The notes under the pieces: model-generated
What the model saw: only the letters and a program-made list of their open reading frames with translations
Told to the model about the DNA's origin: nothing
The model's database searches: none
Shown here: positions 28,490-36,560 of the stretch, one piece after another
How the letters are laid out: every line of letters starts with the position of its first letter
Position numbering within the stretch: the first letter of the stretch is position 1
NCBI GenBank assembly: GCA_963810725.1
Contig: CAWEOO010000008.1
Span: 588,189 to 652,188 of the forward strand
Direction of reading: 5' to 3'
DNA from: an uncultured Chloroflexia bacterium
GTDB taxonomy: Bacteria; Chloroflexota; Limnocylindria; Limnocylindrales; CSP1-4
Length of the DNA stretch: 64,000 bases
Program-made: the position numbers and the translations under genes

Positions 28490-29220
28490 GCCGGCCCGCG
28501 CCCTGGACGGCCGCCGTCATGGCCCAGGCGGGCGTCGAAACTCGACTTGCCGCTCGGCGCGGCGAGAACCTGCTGGCGATGGTCGGGGTCCCGGTCGCGG
28601 TGCTGCTGTTCGTCGGCCTCGTGCTCGATCGCGGTGCCGTGGGCGGGCTGCTGCCCGGGACCCTCGCGCTCGCCATCGTCGCGAGCGGCCTGGTCAACCT
28701 CGGGATCGCGACGGCCTACGAACGCGGCTACGGCGTCCTCAAGCGCCTCGGTGGCTCGCCGCTCGGGCGGTCCGGCCTGGTCGCGGCAAAGCTCGGCGTC
28801 GTGGCCGTGATCGCGCTGGCCCAGGTCGGCGGCCTCATCACGGTCGCGGCGCTGGCCCTGGGCTGGCGAGCCGGCCCGGAGGCATCCGTGCTGGCGATGC
28901 TGGTCACGACCGTCGTCGGGGCGGCGGCCTGCGCCGGTCTGGGCCTCACGATCGCCTCGATGTTCCGACCGGAGGCCGCCCTCGTCCTCGCCAATCTGCT
29001 GTTCCTGCTCGCGCTCGGCTTCGGTGGCGCGCTCGTCCCGATCGGCGACCTGCCGGCCTCGCTCGCCGCCGCGGCGCGCCTCCTCCCGATCGGGGCACTC
29101 AGCGAGGCCTTCGCTGCGGCGCTCGGCTCGGGCGGATCGGTGGCGACGCCGCTGGCGATCGTCGGAGCGTGGGCGGTCGGATCGCTGCTCGTGGCGGCGC
29201 GCACCTTCCGCTGGGACTGA
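28486..29220 (+). CDS. ABC-2 type transporter permease
   Basis: ORF 28486..29220. It is a six-TM hydrophobic protein whose start overlaps the ATPase stop. Confidence 0.75.
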   Translation: MSRPAPWTAAVMAQAGVETRLAARRGENLLAMVGVPVAVLLFVGLVLDRGAVGGLLPGTLALAIVASGLVNLGIATAYERGYGVLKRLGGSPLGRSGLVAAKLGVVAVIALAQVGGLITVAALALGWRAGPEASVLAMLVTTVVGAAACAGLGLTIASMFRPEAALVLANLLFLLALGFGGALVPIGDLPASLAAAARLLPIGALSEAFAAALGSGGSVATPLAIVGAWAVGSLLVAARTFRWD

Positions 29221-29248
29221 CCGGCGGCCGCACGGCCGGGACACCAGG

Positions 29249-30532
29249 TCAGCCGCCGGGTGCCTCCCCGGGCTCCGGAAGGTCGCGCAGCCGGAGGACC
29301 CGCGAACCGAGCAGCCAGACGACACCCAGCGTCGCTGCGATCGACACGACGAACAGTGCCGCACGGACGCCGATGGCGGCACCAAGCAGCCCGCCGAGCA
29401 GCGCCCCGATCGGCCGCACCCCGTAGTTGATGAATCGGAAGGCGCCTGACGAGCGCGACCGGATCCGGTCCGGGATGCGCGCCGACATGATCGCGCCAAT
29501 GTTGATGTCCAGGATCATCACGCCGAGTCCGGCGGCGAACTCGTAGGCGAACAACAGGCCCAGGATCACCGGCATCGGCAGGCCTGCATCCGCGACCGGC
29601 ACGAGGATGAGGGGCAGGGTGAACAGCACGCAGCCCAGGGCGTACGCAGGCCCCAGGCCGATCCGTCGTCCCACCTTGCTCGCGATGACCGCACCGATCA
29701 GGCCACCGACCGCGCCGGAACCGAGCACCAGACCGAGGATCCCCGGCGCGACGCCGAGTTCCGTGGTCGTGTACAGGATGAAGAGCGCGGCGAACGCGAG
29801 GTTGAACAGGTTGATCGTCGCGACGGCGAGCAGGGTCGGCCGCATGATCGGGTCGCGCAGGATGAAGGCGAGGCCCGCCAGGAGCCGTTCCCGGAGACCG
29901 CCCTCTTCGTGCTCGATGGGCGGCTCGGGAGACCGGATCCGGCGCAGGAAGAGGACCGAGCCCAGATACGAGAACGCGTCCGCGAGCATGGCGAGCGGCG
30001 CCCCGAGCACCTGGACGAGCGCACCCCCGACCGTCGGCCCGGCCACATACGCCATCGACCGGCTGCCGTTCAGCAGCGAGATCGCGTCCACGAACCGCTC
30101 GCGACGGACGACGGCGACGAACACGGCGTTCCAGGACAGGTCGAAGACGACGGCGAGGGTGCCGCTGAGGAAGCCGACCACGTAGAGCTGTGCCATGCTC
30201 AGCGCACCGAGCACGTAGGCCATCGGGACCGTGGCGATCAACGCTGCTCGCCCGATGTCCGCCCAGATCATCAGCCGGCGACGCTGACGCACACGATCGA
30301 GCCAGATGCCGGCGGGCATCGAGAACAAGAGGTGCGGCAGGAGCCCGACCGCCGTCAGGTATCCCATCTCCGCGGCGTCGGCACCGAGCGTCAGGACGGC
30401 GACCAGCGGCAGGCCGATGCGCGACACCTCGTCGCCGAAGACCGAGATCGTCTGGCCGATCCAGAGTCGCCGGAAGTCGGCGACGCGGCGCAGGAGCGGC
30501 GGGACGAGCCGCGCGGGTCGCACCCGCATCAA
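29249..30532 (-). CDS. MFS transporter
   Basis: ORF 29249..30532. About 12 TM segments, with an N-terminal FRRLWIGQTISVFGDE motif typical of EntS/macrolide-efflux-like MFS proteins. Confidence 0.8.
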   Translation of the reverse strand: MMRVRPARLVPPLLRRVADFRRLWIGQTISVFGDEVSRIGLPLVAVLTLGADAAEMGYLTAVGLLPHLLFSMPAGIWLDRVRQRRRLMIWADIGRAALIATVPMAYVLGALSMAQLYVVGFLSGTLAVVFDLSWNAVFVAVVRRERFVDAISLLNGSRSMAYVAGPTVGGALVQVLGAPLAMLADAFSYLGSVLFLRRIRSPEPPIEHEEGGLRERLLAGLAFILRDPIMRPTLLAVATINLFNLAFAALFILYTTTELGVAPGILGLVLGSGAVGGLIGAVIASKVGRRIGLGPAYALGCVLFTLPLILVPVADAGLPMPVILGLLFAYEFAAGLGVMILDINIGAIMSARIPDRIRSRSSGAFRFINYGVRPIGALLGGLLGAAIGVRAALFVVSIAATLGVVWLLGSRVLRLRDLPEPGEAPGG

Positions 30533-30678
30533 CGTCGGTCAGCCATGTCTGGCGGATGGTAGGTCGGGCCACGATGGTCGTGTGATGGCTGCACGATGGC
30601 GGCCCGTCGGCCACCGCACGGATCGATGCTGACGCCGACCCACCGTGAACGTTCGGGTCACCGTCCGACTCATAGAGA

Positions 30679-31269
30679 GTGACCGCGGCGACATCCGACG
30701 CGGCGGCGGAGGGAGCATCCGTGCTGGAGTTGGTCGAACGGGCTCAACGCGGGGAGCGCGAGGCATTCGCGGCGCTGGTCGGGATGATCAGCGACCGGAT
30801 GTACGCGCTGGCCGCTCGGATCCTGCGCGACAACGACCTCGCTGAGGACGCGTTGCAAAGCGCCCTCATCACGGCCTGGCGCCAGCTGCCCACCCTCCGG
30901 GACCCGGACCGCTTCGAAGCCTGGGTCCGCAAGGTGCTCGTCCATGCCTGCTACGCCGAGGCCAGGCGTCGCCGGTCGTGGACGGCCAACGTCCGAGTGC
31001 TGCCGGTCGACGGGCCGGCTGGCCCGGATGAGCTGCTCTCCGTCGTCGATCGCGATGCGCTCGATCGGGCGTTCAGACGCCTGTCGATCGAGCAACGCGC
31101 GGTCTTCGTCCTGCACCACCACCTGGGCCTTCCGCTCGTCGAGATCGCCGACGCGCTCGGCATCCCGGCGGGCACGGCCCGCTCCCGACTCCATTACGCG
31201 ACGCGGGTGCTGCGTGCGGCCATCGAGGCCGACGCCGCTCCGGTCGCCCCCGAAGGACGGATGGCATGA
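30679..31269 (+). CDS. ECF sigma-70 factor (module 1)
   Basis: ORF 30679..31269. Region 2 is GEREAFAALV...AEDALQSALITAWRQL and region 4 is IEQRAVFVLHHHLGLPLVEIADALGIPAGTARSRLHYA. The stop overlaps the next ATG (ATGA). Confidence 0.85.
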   Translation: MTAATSDAAAEGASVLELVERAQRGEREAFAALVGMISDRMYALAARILRDNDLAEDALQSALITAWRQLPTLRDPDRFEAWVRKVLVHACYAEARRRRSWTANVRVLPVDGPAGPDELLSVVDRDALDRAFRRLSIEQRAVFVLHHHLGLPLVEIADALGIPAGTARSRLHYATRVLRAAIEADAAPVAPEGRMA

Positions 31270-32549
31270 GCAACGAACGCGACTTCGACCGGATCGCCCG
31301 AGCCTGGCTCGACCTTGGTCCGGATGAGGCACCCGATCGCGCCGTGGCCGCCGTCCTCCAGGCCGTTGAGACGACGCCGCAGGTTCGGCGACCGTGGATC
31401 CGGCCATCCAGGAGGTTCCCGATCATGAATTGCGTTGCGACCCTGGCCGCGATCGCGGCCGCCCTCGTCATCGCCGTCGGCGGTGGCGCCCTGCTCCTCG
31501 GCAGACCGGCAGACGACCCGAACGTCGGCGTCCCGGTGAGTCCGTCACCCTCCGCCAGCCCCTCCGGATCCATTCCGACGGCGTTCCGTCACGTATGGCT
31601 CGGGGAATTGCGCGCTGTCGTGGGCATCGACACCGACCGTTCATTCCTGGGGTTCACGGCCGATGAAGTCACCTATCTGGATACCCTCGCTTCCGTGGCG
31701 TCGATGTCGGCGCCAGATCGCCTCACGCTCACCTTGAAGGTCGCCCGCAATGGATGCGAGGCCGGCGACGTCGGCACCTACACCGTGGCGCTCTCTCCCG
31801 GCGGGACCAAGCTCAACCTGGCCGCGATCGATGAGGCCTGCTCCGCGCGCCGCGACGCGATGGCCGGGGACTGGCTCAGGTCCGACTGCCTCGACCCCGA
31901 GAACTTCTGCCTCGGTGAGCTCGAGGCTGGTGAATATCCGTCGTTCTTCTTCACGCCACGTCTGGGTCCGGACGACCCATGGGCGCCGGACTGGGGGGCT
32001 CTTCGATACACCGTCCCCGACGGCTGGGCGGCGACCTCCGACTGGCCGGAGCGCTATGAGCTCGAGCCCGCCGACTGGTACGCGTCCAATCGAGGCGACG
32101 TGGCCCGCGAGATCCGGGGCATCTACGTCATGTCCAGGATGGGCGCCTTCGACCATACGCCGACGTGCGACGCCGGCGCGCTCGAGAGCGTCGGACGATC
32201 GCCGGACGCCCTCGTGGCCTGGCTCGAGGATCATCCCGCGCTCGTTCCGGCGACGGCGCAGGACATCACGATCGACGGGCGGGCCGCCCAGATGATCGAC
32301 GTCAGCCTCGTTCCCGGCTGGACGGCAGGATGCCCGGGGGACCCGACACCCAGAGCGATCCTGTTCGGACTGGACGGCGAAGGGGCAGATGGCCGGCAAT
32401 GGGGTCCGCTGGAGGGGATGAAGCAGCGCTACGTCCTGTTCGATCTCGATGGCGACACGATCCTGATCGCGATCGGCTCGAGCGCGGACCGCTTCGACGA
32501 ATTCGTCGCCGACGCGATGACCATCGTGGAGTCGATGACCTTCGAATGA
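31266..32549 (+). CDS. single-pass membrane partner of ECF sigma (putative anti-sigma) with Cys-rich extracytoplasmic domain
   Basis: ORF 31266..32549. About 55 cytoplasmic residues precede the TM helix VATLAAIAAALVIAVGGGALLL. A Pro/Ser linker leads to a domain of about 330 aa with 8 Cys. Confidence 0.55.
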   Translation: MSNERDFDRIARAWLDLGPDEAPDRAVAAVLQAVETTPQVRRPWIRPSRRFPIMNCVATLAAIAAALVIAVGGGALLLGRPADDPNVGVPVSPSPSASPSGSIPTAFRHVWLGELRAVVGIDTDRSFLGFTADEVTYLDTLASVASMSAPDRLTLTLKVARNGCEAGDVGTYTVALSPGGTKLNLAAIDEACSARRDAMAGDWLRSDCLDPENFCLGELEAGEYPSFFFTPRLGPDDPWAPDWGALRYTVPDGWAATSDWPERYELEPADWYASNRGDVAREIRGIYVMSRMGAFDHTPTCDAGALESVGRSPDALVAWLEDHPALVPATAQDITIDGRAAQMIDVSLVPGWTAGCPGDPTPRAILFGLDGEGADGRQWGPLEGMKQRYVLFDLDGDTILIAIGSSADRFDEFVADAMTIVESMTFE

Positions 32550-32606
32550 GCATCGACGGGGCGGGCGGATCGGGAACGGTCCGCCCACTCCCCGATGCCG
32601 CAGCGA

Positions 32607-32635
32607 GAACCGTTCACGCGACACGAACGCCATAC
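32607..32635 (+). promoter_or_regulatory. candidate ECF-type promoter (GAAC-N17-CGCCATAC) upstream of module 2
   Basis: GAAC is at 32607-32610 and CGCCATAC at 32628-32635. The same two boxes with identical 17-nt spacing occur upstream of module 3, although the spacer sequence differs. Confidence 0.3.
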
Positions 32636-32666
32636 CCTGTGAGCACGACCACGAGGGTCGTGCCGC

Positions 32667-33245
32667 ATGTACGAGGCGACCGTGGACCAGCGAGGGCTCG
32701 TGGAGCGCGCACGTGGAGGCGATCATGACGCCTTCGCCGAGCTCGCCCGTGCGGCCGTCGTGCGGCTGGACCAGGCCGCCCGTCTCATCCTCCGCGACCC
32801 CGAGCTCGCACGCGACGCGGTCCAGGAGGGGCTGATCCGGGCCTGGCGGGACCTCCCGAAGCTTCGAGATCCCGACCGGTTCGATGCCTGGCTGCATCGA
32901 CTCACCGTCAACTCCTGCATCGACCAGACACGCCGCCGGCGACGGCGGGTGATCGAGGTCGAACTGACGCCCATCCACGCACCGTTCACGTCCGACATGT
33001 CCGGTGCGCTCGCCGATCGAGACCAGGTCGACGGAGTGCTTCGGCACCTCGACGAACGTGGCCGCGCGATCGTGGTCCTGCACTACTTCCTGGGGATGCC
33101 GTTGACCGAGGTCGCGGCGACCCTGGGCATCCCGGTCGGAACGGTCAAGTCGCGACTGCATCGCGCCCTGGGCGAGATGCGGGTCGCGGTCGCCGCTGAT
33201 CCGACCACGACTCCATCGCCCGTGTCCGGAGGGCAGCTCGTATGA
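32667..33245 (+). CDS. ECF sigma-70 factor (module 2)
   Basis: ORF 32667..33245. It has the same architecture as module 3 and is highly similar to it (LILRDPELARDAVQE.LIRAWRDLP.LRDPDRFDAWLHRLTVN). It may start at the GTG at 32679. The stop overlaps the next ATG. Confidence 0.85.
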   Translation: MYEATVDQRGLVERARGGDHDAFAELARAAVVRLDQAARLILRDPELARDAVQEGLIRAWRDLPKLRDPDRFDAWLHRLTVNSCIDQTRRRRRRVIEVELTPIHAPFTSDMSGALADRDQVDGVLRHLDERGRAIVVLHYFLGMPLTEVAATLGIPVGTVKSRLHRALGEMRVAVAADPTTTPSPVSGGQLV

Positions 33246-34552
33246 CGACCGAACGTCGCCTCGAGCGCGACCTCCCGTCCATCCTGGGCGACCTCGCGAT
33301 GGGCCCCTACCCCGAATACATCGATGACGTCCTCACGACCACGGCGCGTCAGCGCCAGCGGCCGGCCTGGACGTTCCCTGAAAGGTGGCTTCCCGTGGAA
33401 CTGACGACCCCTTCGGTCTTCCGATCGGCCCTTCCTTGGCGCCAACTCGGCGTCCTCGCGCTCATCGCGCTCCTCATCGCCGCCGCCGTGGCCGCGTTCG
33501 TTGGTTCGAGTCAGCGGCTCCCGGCCCCGTTCGGCCCGGCAGCGAACGGCGTCGTTGCCCTCGTGGATGGAAGCGGCGCCATCCAGCAGGTTCACCCGGT
33601 GACCGGCACCGCCATCGTGATCGTCCCGGGACCCGGCAACAGCCGTCCGACCTATTCCCCGGACGGATCCAGGCTCGCGTACTTGCGTGAGACTCCGAAC
33701 GCTTCGTTCGACCTCGTCGTCGCCCGATCGAACGGTCAACAACCCGTCACGATCACGCCGGAGCCGCTCACCTCGGTGGGGTATCTCGGATGGTCGCCCG
33801 ACAGTGCGAGCGTCGTGATCTCGGTCCCGGCCGGCCGACTCGAGGCCTACGATGTGTCATCGCCGGGCGCACCTCGCGTAATCACGGTCGAGGGCCAGCG
33901 GCTCGGATCCAAGGGCGTCGACGACTTCAACGGCAGTATCCCGGACATCTTCCGGCCCCCGACCGGGGAGGAGATCCTGTTCCTTGGCTCATCGGCCGGG
34001 GGCTCGGCGCTCTTCGTGGCCGATGCCGATGGGACGAATGCCCGAGCGATCCTCGACCGTGACCGATCGGCCGTCGCGTACTCCGATCTCGACGTTCCCC
34101 AGTGGTCTCCGGACGGGTCACGAATCGCCTTGGCGCTCGCGTCACCCGACGACCCGAACCAGTGGCGTATCCACGTGCTTAACGCCGATGGCTCGGGCCT
34201 CCGCGAGTTGAGCAAGGAGCCACAGCCTCGCTCGGAGGGGCACCCCTCGTGGTCACCAGACGGGACTCGGGTGGCCTTCCAGCGCTGGTTCAGCAACGAA
34301 TTGTGTGGGTCCTGCGAGACAAGACCGATCACTGTGGTCGGCGTGGACGACGGTGTCGAGATCGAGGTCGGGATCGTCAATGTGGATGGCTACCGCGGAT
34401 GGAGCTGGTCTCCGGACGGAACGGCTCTCCTCGCCGTGGCCCAGAACACCGACGAGAAGCGGCTCCAGATCGTGCCGTTGGACGGCGGCCCCCCGCGGTT
34501 CGTCGAGGTCATCCCCGAGTCTGCACCGAGCTGGCAGCGAACTTCGGACTAG
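33242..34552 (+). CDS. membrane-anchored PD40/TolB-like beta-propeller protein, putative anti-sigma partner (module 2)
   Basis: ORF 33242..34552. The N-terminal motif is RDLPSILGDL...RQRQRPAWTFPERWLPV, followed by the TM helix LGVLALIALLIAAAVAAFV. Repeated (Y/W)SPDG(S/T)R propeller motifs follow. Confidence 0.7.
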   Translation: MTTERRLERDLPSILGDLAMGPYPEYIDDVLTTTARQRQRPAWTFPERWLPVELTTPSVFRSALPWRQLGVLALIALLIAAAVAAFVGSSQRLPAPFGPAANGVVALVDGSGAIQQVHPVTGTAIVIVPGPGNSRPTYSPDGSRLAYLRETPNASFDLVVARSNGQQPVTITPEPLTSVGYLGWSPDSASVVISVPAGRLEAYDVSSPGAPRVITVEGQRLGSKGVDDFNGSIPDIFRPPTGEEILFLGSSAGGSALFVADADGTNARAILDRDRSAVAYSDLDVPQWSPDGSRIALALASPDDPNQWRIHVLNADGSGLRELSKEPQPRSEGHPSWSPDGTRVAFQRWFSNELCGSCETRPITVVGVDDGVEIEVGIVNVDGYRGWSWSPDGTALLAVAQNTDEKRLQIVPLDGGPPRFVEVIPESAPSWQRTSD

Positions 34553-34571
34553 AGGTTCCCGAGCCCGAGGT

Positions 34572-34600
34572 GAACGATTCCAACAACACGGACGCCATAC
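34572..34600 (+). promoter_or_regulatory. candidate ECF-type promoter (GAAC-N17-CGCCATAC) upstream of module 3
   Basis: GAAC is at 34572-34575 and CGCCATAC at 34593-34600. This is the counterpart of 32607-32635. Confidence 0.3.
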
Positions 34601-34645
34601 CCTGTCGAGCACGACCGCCATGGCCGTGCCGCAATCGAGGCGACC

Positions 34646-35209
34646 GTGAACCAGCGAGGCCTGATCGAGCGAGCGCGGCGAGGCGAGCATGACGCCTTCA
34701 CCGCGCTCATCGATGTCCACCTCGCGCGGCTGGACGCGGCCGCCCGCCTCATCCTCCGTGACCCGGAGCTCGCGCGCGACGCGGTCCAGGAGGCCCTCAT
34801 CCGCGCCTGGCGCGACCTGCCCGGACTTCGCGATCCGGACCGGTTCGACGCCTGGCTCCATCGACTGACCGTCAACGCCTGTCTCGACCTCATCCGGCGC
34901 CGTAAGCGCCGGGTCCTCGAAGTCGAGCTCAAGCCGATCGACTCCATGGCGACCCGCGACGTCGCCAGCGGGCTGGCCGATCGCGATCTCCTGGACCAGG
35001 CGCTTCGGCATCTGGAGCCCGGGCATCGCGCGGTCGTCGCCTTGCACTACCTGCTCGGGATGCCGCTGCCGGAGGTAGCGCGCGCCCTAAGCATTCCCCT
35101 GGGCACGGCGAAGTCACGACTGCACTACGCCCTCGCGGCGATGCGCACGACCGTGACCGCCGAACCGGAACCCGTTCCGACACCGCTCGTGGGAGGGCAG
35201 CTGGCATGA
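34646..35209 (+). CDS. ECF sigma-70 factor (module 3)
   Basis: ORF 34646..35209 (GTG start). Regions 2 and 4 are as in module 2. The stop overlaps the next ATG. Confidence 0.85.
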   Translation: MNQRGLIERARRGEHDAFTALIDVHLARLDAAARLILRDPELARDAVQEALIRAWRDLPGLRDPDRFDAWLHRLTVNACLDLIRRRKRRVLEVELKPIDSMATRDVASGLADRDLLDQALRHLEPGHRAVVALHYLLGMPLPEVARALSIPLGTAKSRLHYALAAMRTTVTAEPEPVPTPLVGGQLA

Positions 35210-36500
35210 CCTCACCGCGGCGCTTCGAACAGGACCTGCCGGCGCTCCTCGCCGACCTGTACCTGGCCCGGACCCCCGACTACCGAGATGACCTCGTCCG
35301 GCAGGTCGACCGCGTGCGGCAGCGGCCCGCCTGGACCTTCCCCGAAAGGTGGCTTCCCATGGATCTCGTCACGAAGGCGGCGCCCGCTTCGCCGCGGGTC
35401 CCGTGGCGCACGCTCGGTGTGCTCGGCCTGCTCGCCGCGCTCCTCGCGGCTGCGGTGGCCATGTACGTGGGCTCGCAGCCGCGACTCCCCGAACCGTTCG
35501 GCCTCGCCGCGAACGGCCTCATCGCCTATGACGACTCAGGCGACATCCTGGTCCGTGAGTCGACCACCGGGCCTGCCCGCGAATTGATCGGCGGCGACAC
35601 CGAGGATCACGACCCGTGGTTTACGCCCGACGGCACCCGGCTGACCTTCGTCCGGACGATCGATGACCGGGACTTCCTCATGGTGGCCGACGCCCACGGG
35701 GGCGGCATCCGACAAGTCGTCGATGATCCCCTCGTCGGACAGTGGGCGGCGTACGCGCCGGACAGTCGGTCCCTTGCGCTGGTCAACGAGATCAAGGGCA
35801 TCCCACGTCTGGCGATCATCCCGCTCGACGGAGGAGCTCCGCTGGAGATCGATCTTGATGGCGTGGTTCCGACCGACCTTGCATGGCGACCGCCGGACGG
35901 TCGAGAGCTGCTCATCCGCGGCAAGAATAGAGAATCAGACCGTCGACTTCTTCATCGTGAACGCCGACGGGAGCGGACTTCATCCTCTCGGTCTGGACCC
36001 GCACAAGAATTTCGGTCCGGGCTGGGACAACTCCGGGCCCGTCTGGTTCCCCGATGGCTCAAGGATCGCGTACAACGTCGTCGAACCGGCCAACGTGGAG
36101 AACGGTGGGTACTGGCGGGTCCACACCGTCGGGGCGGACGGCAACGGCCGATCGTGCCTTGCCTGCTCTGTCCGATCGATCGATCCAGGAGAACTGGCCC
36201 ACGGTCTCGCCTGACGGTAAGAACATCCTCGTTCACCGTTGGAAGTGGGATACGGCCGAGAACGGGTGGCTGGCCGTCATGCCAGCCGATGGTTCCGCGG
36301 TGGCCCGAGACATCGGGCCGAAGGTGAAGGGCGGAGTCGACACCGGCCTTGTCAAGGCGTGGTCCCCGGACGCATCGACCGTCCTGCTCCGTGCCGGCAA
36401 CTCCGGCCAGTCGTGGTCCATCGACCCATTGACCGGCGAGTATGTCGAGCTCGCCTGGGGGACAGACGCCCTGCCGGACTGGCAGCGCCGAGCGCGCTGA
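35206..36500 (+). pseudogene. PD40/TolB-like beta-propeller anti-sigma partner (module 3), two frame breaks (about 35927-35932 and 36146-36152)
   Basis: ORF 35206..36327 gives the N-terminal motif QDLPALLADL...RQRPAWTFPERWLPM, a TM helix and the first blades up to LLIRGKN. The continuation ENQTVDFFIVNADGSGL...HTVGADGNG is in ORF 35663..36214. The last blades (WPTVSPDGKNIL...WSPDASTVLL) are in ORF 36054..36500. Confidence 0.6.
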
Positions 36501-36530
36501 CAGGGCGGCGGACCGGCCACGGACAAGGAA

Positions 36531-36560
36531 GAACCCCGGGTTGGTCGGGACCCGGGGTTC
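36531..36560 (-). terminator. GC-rich hairpin, likely intrinsic terminator downstream of tRNA-Met
   Basis: GAACCCCGGGT-tggtcggg-ACCCGGGGTTC forms an 11-bp stem. On the minus strand it is followed by TTCCTTGTCC. Confidence 0.5.
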
